The position numbers and the translations under genes were made by a program. Positions 58,668 to 64,000 of a stretch of DNA of 64,000 nucleotides are shown one piece after another. Where the stretch lies: the NCBI GenBank assembly GCA_963752185.1, contig CAVVXK010000002.1:6791889-6855888 (forward strand). The letters run 5' to 3'. The notes below the pieces were generated by a model. It ran no database searches, was not told the DNA's origin, and saw nothing but the letters and a program-made list of their open reading frames with translations. Source of the stretch: an uncultured Planctomycetaceae bacterium. GTDB taxonomy: Bacteria > Planctomycetota > Planctomycetia > Planctomycetales > Planctomycetaceae. Within the stretch, counting starts at the first letter, position 1, and each line of letters opens with the position of its first letter.

Positions 58668-59330
58668 ATGAAAACACGAAAAAGCAAGCTTTTGCTCGGG
58701 CTGGCAGCCCTCTTGGCGGCCGGCGGGTTGATGTGCAGTGAAATCGGCACGGGCGTCGCCATGGCCCGCGGCGGTGGGGGTGGTGGCGGCGGTCGCGGCG
58801 GCGGGGGTGGCGGACGAGGCTTTGGTGGTGGCGGCTTCGCCCGCGGTGGATTTAGTGGCGGCTTCCGCGGCGGTGCTGGATACCGGGGCGGGTTCGGCGG
58901 CGGTTACGGTCGCGGCGGCTTTGCCCGCAGCGGTGGTTACTATCGCGGCGGTTACGGCGGCCGTGGATACTACGGCGGCGGCTGGGGTCGCGGTGGTTGG
59001 GGCCGTGGCGGCTGGGGTCGTTACGGTTGGGGATGGGGTGGTGGCTGGGGCGGATATGGCTGGGGCGGCTACGGTTTGGGCTACGGCTGGCCGTATTACG
59101 GCGGCTACGGCTACGACTACCCGTACTACTACGGCTATCCGTACTACTCCGGTTACTACCCGTCGTACTCCTACGGTAACTACGACACGCCGTATTACGG
59201 ATACAGCGACCCGAACGGATCGGGTTATCCGGGGTATGTCGCGTCGCCGGGGTCCTACAACAACTACGGCAATTACGGCTATTCGTACGCCGCGCCGAGT
59301 TACTACTACGGCACGCCCACGATGTATTGA
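58668..59330 (+). CDS. Secreted Gly/Arg/Trp/Tyr-rich low-complexity protein
   Basis: ATG at 58668. The leader MKTRKSKLLLGLAALLAAGGLMCSEIGTGVAMA is followed by a composition gradient from RGG/FGG blocks to GWGRGGW blocks to GYGYDYPYYYGYPYY and finally YYYGTPTMY. Confidence 0.7.
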   Translation: MKTRKSKLLLGLAALLAAGGLMCSEIGTGVAMARGGGGGGGGRGGGGGGRGFGGGGFARGGFSGGFRGGAGYRGGFGGGYGRGGFARSGGYYRGGYGGRGYYGGGWGRGGWGRGGWGRYGWGWGGGWGGYGWGGYGLGYGWPYYGGYGYDYPYYYGYPYYSGYYPSYSYGNYDTPYYGYSDPNGSGYPGYVASPGSYNNYGNYGYSYAAPSYYYGTPTMY

Positions 59331-59422
59331 GCGGCGGAATTCCGGATTCACGTCCGGAGTGAACGTCTGAAATCAGCATGCGGCCCGCGAGATTGTTCGC
59401 GGGCCGCGTCGCTTCTTGGAGC

Positions 59423-60188
59423 TCAACCGCCCACGCTACTCAGCACGAGCCCCACGAGCAGGTCGTAGGCCGCGTGCGCGCCGACGGCGATGCCGAATCC
59501 TGCGCAGCACGAAGAGCAACGCGAAAAACAGTCCGGCCGCCGTGCGAAACCAGAACGTGAAGAGCTGAAACGTCTCGCCTGCCGGACCCACGTAGTGGGC
59601 CAGTGAAAACGCCAGGCTCGTCCCCACGACCGCCAAGCCGGCCGACCAGCCATGACCGAGGCCCCCCGTGCGGAAGAGTCCATAACACACGGGCAGCAAG
59701 CAGAGCCGGAACAACACTTCTTCGTAGATGCCGGCTCCGACGTACATCACCGCCAGAGGAGCCACTCGCTCCGACCCCATGGCGGCCGCGGGCATGGCCT
59801 GTCGCAGATTACGCAGGGCCGCATTCTCAATTTCCCCCAAGACGACGAGTGCCACCGCAAACAGCAGGCTTTCCGCCAGCATGCCGCCCAGCATACTCGG
59901 TGAAACGCGCCACGTTTCCTGCCGCGCGACGTGCCACACCAGCAGGCCGACCACGATCATGCCGGGCACGAGCCACGGCGAATTGAGGCCGAACCGCTCG
60001 AGGGCGTTGCGGATCCAGAAGTCCGCGCCGTTGCGCATCGCGTCGGCGTCACGTCCGCCCAGCCATTGCACGCCCGCCTCGTACGCCGCCAAGAGCGGGG
60101 CAAGAAACACGAGACACGTCAGCGGGCGCCGCGTCCCGTGCCAATAATCGGGCCCTTTTCCGCCCTTATCGTCGGACGCTGCGGACAT
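59423..60188 (-). CDS. CPBP family intramembrane glutamic endopeptidase (CAAX protease-like), frame break at about 59498-59504
   Basis: Motif 1 is GIYEEVLFRLCLLP and motif 2 is FSLAHY. The third motif, GFGIAVGAHAAYDLLVG, lies in the adjacent frame (the ORF ending at 59423). Confidence 0.8.
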
Positions 60189-61447
60189 GAACGATCTCGC
60201 GCTCTGCTTGCGACAGGAGAAAATTCGGATCGGGCACGTGGGGATCGGCCGCGTCCAGACGCCGGTTCGCCTGCTCGAGTCGATCCTCGGCCGAACCGTC
60301 GACCGCCTCGAACTGCACGAGAAAACCGAGGCGGCTCAAGAACTCGGCGGCAATCTTCGCGTCCCACTCGCCGCGGAGCGCCTCGTGGTTGAGTCGCAAG
60401 GCGGCCGGATAAAGCGACGTGCCGGGCAGTTGACCGGCAGCTTGCGCGGCGGGCTCCTGCAACAGTTCCAGGAATCGCACGGTGGTCGCCAGCATGCGAG
60501 AGTCGGTCCTCTGCAAGCCGGCGTTGAACAGATTGAAATCGGACGCGTGGCCAAACGCGACAAACCGGCGGTGATGCTCGGCCACCAGTTGAGGGAGTTC
60601 GGCGACGAACTCGGCAATGCCGGCGACCAGCCCCGCGCTCGAGCGCCGCGTGCTTTTGCGAATCTTCCGCTGCATCCGCGGCCATTTGCCGATCGGCCCG
60701 CCGCCGCTCGAGGAGCAGCATGCCGCAATCCTGGCACAAGGCGGCGATGGAAAGCACATCGACGGCTGCCGGATCGGCGTGGCGCGCGGCAAGTGCCGGC
60801 GCCAGCGCAAGCAGCGTTTCGAGACCGTGGCCAAAACCCGCACCGTGTGCTGCGTGTCCCGCCTGCGACAGATAGTCTCTCACCGAAAAGCCCGGCAGGG
60901 GCACGAAGTCGGCCGGCGTGCTGTAACCTTCCGCTTGCGACAAGACGTGCCGCGTGATGCTCCGCCAGCCGAGCGCCGACACGTGCCGCGAGTTTTCGAG
61001 CTGGGCAAAGAGCTTCTTGAGCGGCAGGATGACTTCGTCGACCAGGTCGAGCAGCCGCAGTTGTCCTTCCAGACGCACGAGCTTCCGGCGATTCCAATCG
61101 ACGGCCCGCTCGACGACTTCCGGCGAGACGATCCAGGCGTCGCCCGAGCGCAGCACGCGATCGGCCGCTTGGATTGCCTCGTAGACGAGCCTGGCGGCCT
61201 TGACCGATTCGATCGCCAGATGAAACAGGGCCGCGCAGGCCGGCTGCTTGATCCGCGGGTCGGCGAACTGTTGTTGCGCGCGGCGAGACTGGTCGGCGTA
61301 TTGCTTGCGGAGGGCGGCGTACGATTCGGCAATTTCCGGACGATTGGCCGCCTCGATCCGCTGACGGATCCCGAACTGCGATTCCAGATCGGAAAACGTG
61401 AGATCCGGCAGGGGCGGAACAATCCGGAAAACCGAGCGACTGCGCAC
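60166..61447 (-). CDS. Hypothetical protein (about 425 aa), frame break in the C-run at 60631-60634
   Basis: The first roughly 270 aa of ORF 60119..61447 (up to ...DSQKHAALERG) continue as GLVAGIAEFVAELPQLVAEHHRRFVAFGHASDF... in ORF 60166..60843. No domain was securely recognised. Confidence 0.55.
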
Positions 61448-61641
61448 CGCGTCGCCTCCTTCGCTCTGTGACAGGCGCCGGCGGATGGGAGCCGGCGTTC
61501 CCGGCGGAATGCGGCGCGTCCGGGCGCACCGATTCCGATCGGTTCCCGTTCACTATCGACCGCCGGAGCGAGCGGATTGACGCGGTTTCGACTGCCGGCG
61601 CGGTCAGGCCGCACGTCGCCCGCTGCAACCGGTGTGCGCGG

Positions 61642-62376
61642 TCAATCCGTCGGTTGCAGAAAAAGAGTTGCCGCGGCCGTCTGTCGCTCGCCGACGACGC
61701 GCAGATGATCGGCCCGCGGCAAATCGTCGAGGCCGCGCAGCCCGAAGACTTCGAGGAATTTGCGGGTCGTTTCGTAGAGATAGGGGCGGCCCAGCGAATT
61801 GTCCTCGCCGCCGATGCGGACCAGCCCGCGGTCCATGAGCTGTTTGAGCATCTCGGTGCATTGCACGCCGCGAACGGCTTCGATGTCGGCCCGCGTGATC
61901 GGCTGGCGATAGGCGACGATGGTGAGCGTCTCCATCGCCGGCGGCGACAATTTCATCGCCGCTTGCCGCTGGTGCACGCGTCCCAGCCAGCGGGCATAAA
62001 CCGGCCGCGTGAGCAACAAGTAACCGTTCGCCGCCCGCTCGATGCGAAAGGCCGATCCGTCGCGATCGTAAGCGGCGTTCAATTGATCGACGACCCGCAC
62101 GGCTTCGGTTGTATCGGCCAGCGTCGCCAATTGGGCCAGACGCTTGGGCGAAACGGCACTCTCGCTCACGAAGAGCACGGCCTCGACGCGGGCCGCCTTG
62201 CGGTCGCGAATGCCGTCGGGCCCCAGATCGGTCTCGTTGCCGTCCGCCCCGCCGGCCCCGCCGCGCCGCTTGAGAAAGAAATCCCGCTGCTGCAGGGTCG
62301 GCGCGAAAGGGGCACGCAGCCTGTCGAGTGAACCCGAAAAAGCTCCCGCGACGAAGGGCTTCACCGCGGGCCTCAA
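61642..62376 (-). CDS. scpB: SMC-Scp complex subunit ScpB
   Basis: VEAVLFVSESAVSPKRLAQL...FRIERAANGYLLLTRP...LSPPAMETLTIVAYRQPITRADIEAVRGV...LMDRGLVRIGGEDNSLGRPYLYETTRKFLEVFGL. The TTG at 62376 overlaps the upstream stop (ttga). The ORF-track start at 62643 lies inside the upstream gene. Confidence 0.85.
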   Translation of the reverse strand: MRPAVKPFVAGAFSGSLDRLRAPFAPTLQQRDFFLKRRGGAGGADGNETDLGPDGIRDRKAARVEAVLFVSESAVSPKRLAQLATLADTTEAVRVVDQLNAAYDRDGSAFRIERAANGYLLLTRPVYARWLGRVHQRQAAMKLSPPAMETLTIVAYRQPITRADIEAVRGVQCTEMLKQLMDRGLVRIGGEDNSLGRPYLYETTRKFLEVFGLRGLDDLPRADHLRVVGERQTAAATLFLQPTD

Positions 62377-63328
62377 CGGTTGGAGACGTCGAGCGCCGCG
62401 GCAGGCAGGCTCTCGTTGCGCGGAGCCATTACGGTCGCGTTGGCCGGCGCTTCGCCGACGGACGTGCGCACGTCGCGGCCCGTGCGTCGGGCACGCCACT
62501 CGTCGATTTGCGCGAGCACTTTTTCCAGAGCCTGCAGCGGCTCGCCGGCTTCGGCCTCGAAGCGCTGCATCATCCGCGGATTGTGCCGCGACACCAGCCG
62601 GCAGCGGAAGAGAAACTCTCCGTCGTGGTCGCCCGGTTGCCACTGGTAATCGGTGATGCCCAGCGCGTTGAGCCGCGCGATGCCGGCTCGAAGCCCCTTG
62701 GCGTCCTGGCTGGGCTCCGCGCTGCGATCGGCGTCGAAACCCGCGGTCAGCTTCGTCGCCGACTTGGATCGCGTGCGCTCGGCCGCAGGCTCGCCCGGCG
62801 GATTACCGGCGTTTGGATTACCGGCATTTGGATTGGTCGGGGCCGGGTCGCGATCGGATCGAGCGGCGCGGCCGTCGTCGGCAACGGGGTCGTTCGAGGC
62901 CAGGGCCGTTTTTTGCGGTTGTCGGGCGCGATTCGCGTCGTCGGCGTTTCCCGCCGGCGCGCGGACCGGGGCTTATCGCCGTCGGCGGGGCGAACGAAAT
63001 CGGCAAACGGATCCGCCTCGTTCTTCGCGACCGAGGCGGCAGACGCGGCCGCGGGGGCCGCCGGCTGCGCGGCGTTTTGTCCCGCGACGTTCGGAGTGCC
63101 GGCGCTTGCGTCGGAAATCTGCACCGCGCTCACGAGGTCGGCTTCCGGCAGTGAGTTGCCGGTTTGCGGTTTGTCCTTTTCGACGGCGAACTTCAACTCT
63201 TCAACCTGCGCGGCAGGCGATCCCGTCGAAGACATCTGGGGCGTGCCGAAGACGGCGAACAGCGGGATCGCCAGCAACGGCACGAACATCAACAGAGTAG
63301 CAACCGGTCCACCGAGTGGATTGCGCAT
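62373..63328 (-). CDS. Hypothetical membrane-anchored protein, frame break in the G/C-run at 62968-62971
   Basis: The N-terminal TM is MRNPLGGPVATLLMFVPLLAIPLFAVFG. After ...FVRPADGDKP the adjacent frame continues PVRAPAGNADDAN...NPNAGNPNAGNPPGE...GITDYQWQPGDHDGEFLFRCRLVSRHNPRMMQRFEAEAGEPLQALEKVLAQIDEWR... to the stop at 62373. Confidence 0.6.
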
Positions 63329-63777
63329 ACGCGGGTACCTCCATGCACGACCGCGACGTCGAACAGTCGCCCCGCCGGCTGCCGCTCACAGGAAGATGCG
63401 GCGATCATCCTGGAGCGGGAAGCCAGAGGACGTCATCGCCTCCCCCCTGGGTCAGGGGGAGGCGGAATGTTATCCCTTACTCAGTCTTCTCACAACGCCA
63501 ATTGTCTGCTATTAACGTAGTGCGGACCCCCGACTTGGGGACGCGGCGATAAGGCAAGGAAGCATCGCAAAAACTGGACCGCCGGACCGCGGGCGCACCG
63601 CCGCCCCTGGCTGCCGGTCGTCGATGATGCCGATCGTTATGGCTGTTGCGAATTTCGTCAGCACGGATGCGAGAGCGACCGCAGCACAACCTGTGGACGG
63701 GTTGTTGTAAGAACTTCATCGATCGGCTTGGAACAATTCCAATTGGCCGGCGATCCCATTGACCCAGTGAGGAGCCC

Positions 63778-64000
63778 ATGCGACACGCAAACCGATTGAA
63801 ATCGTCACCCAGGGCCGCATGCACGGCATTGATCGCCTTCGTGTGCGCGATCGGACAGTTTTCTTGCAGCCACGTTGCGGGCGACGAACCGAAAGTGGCC
63901 AATCGGATTCCTTCCAATAATTCCAATGTCGCCGACGGCACCGCCAACCATCCGCTCTTGCCGATCATCCAACTGGCCCGCACCAGCCGCGATGCTGTGC
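63778..64000 (+). CDS. Hypothetical secreted protein, 5' fragment (runs off the window)
   Basis: ATG at 63778 preceded by gaggag. The translation MRHANRLKSSPRAACTALIAFVCAIGQFSCSHVAGDEP... is signal-peptide-like, and the frame stays open to the window end. Confidence 0.5.
   Translation, partial: MRHANRLKSSPRAACTALIAFVCAIGQFSCSHVAGDEPKVANRIPSNNSNVADGTANHPLLPIIQLARTSRDAV

Noticed and set aside
60336-61628. Overlapping alternative-frame ORFs of 430 aa and 244 aa (60880..61614) on the same strand as the hypothetical gene.
   Set aside because: Both have extreme Arg/Pro/Ala/Ser composition and neither has a sensible N-terminus. Only the 61447-start frame, continued by the 60166..60843 frame, reads like a protein.

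Overview
This is a GC-rich chromosomal segment. The gene repertoire looks planctomycete (Pirellulales-like): a DUF1559/prepilin-type protein, a PQQ-like beta-propeller, prenyltransferase/squalene-oxidase repeats, an NPCBM protein and many secreted hydrolases. That assignment is inference from gene families only. I can support about 50 protein-coding genes, one tRNA-Arg(CCT), three insertion sequences and several families of palindromic REP-like repeats. I found no rRNA and no CRISPR array. Housekeeping or recognisable genes include flp pilin, an RRM RNA-binding protein, ygiQ, tadA, rhaB-like kinase, rpsR, yggS, a DUF167 protein, nagA, ogt, scpB, a thioredoxin-TPR protein, an amidase, an ABC ATPase and a ParE/RelE toxin-antitoxin pair. 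Four things stand out. (1) The stretch 10.5-19.2 kb is an IS- and repeat-dense island, and each of its three IS elements (one IS110/IS1111-type, two IS4-family) sits inside a copy of a palindromic repeat with clean junctions. The IS110-type element has a roughly 300-nt 3' non-coding tail that is a candidate bridge/seek RNA. (2) A 950-bp ORF-free region (43.2-44.16 kb) is packed with structured repeats: 35-bp inverted heptamer tracts bracketing 690 bp, an array of TGAGCATCTTCGAA motifs, tandem hairpin modules and a strong terminator. (3) There are several unusual low-complexity or fusion proteins: an HTH + acidic-repeat + TM protein, a secreted RGG/GW/GY protein, a TPR + two RNAP-alpha-CTD protein, and a kinase with a receiver-like tail. 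(4) At least 14 genes, including ribosomal protein S18, read through only after a single-base frame correction. This most likely reflects consensus indel errors, so every pseudogene call here is provisional. I did not find a convincing novel multi-gene system such as a defence or secretion system.
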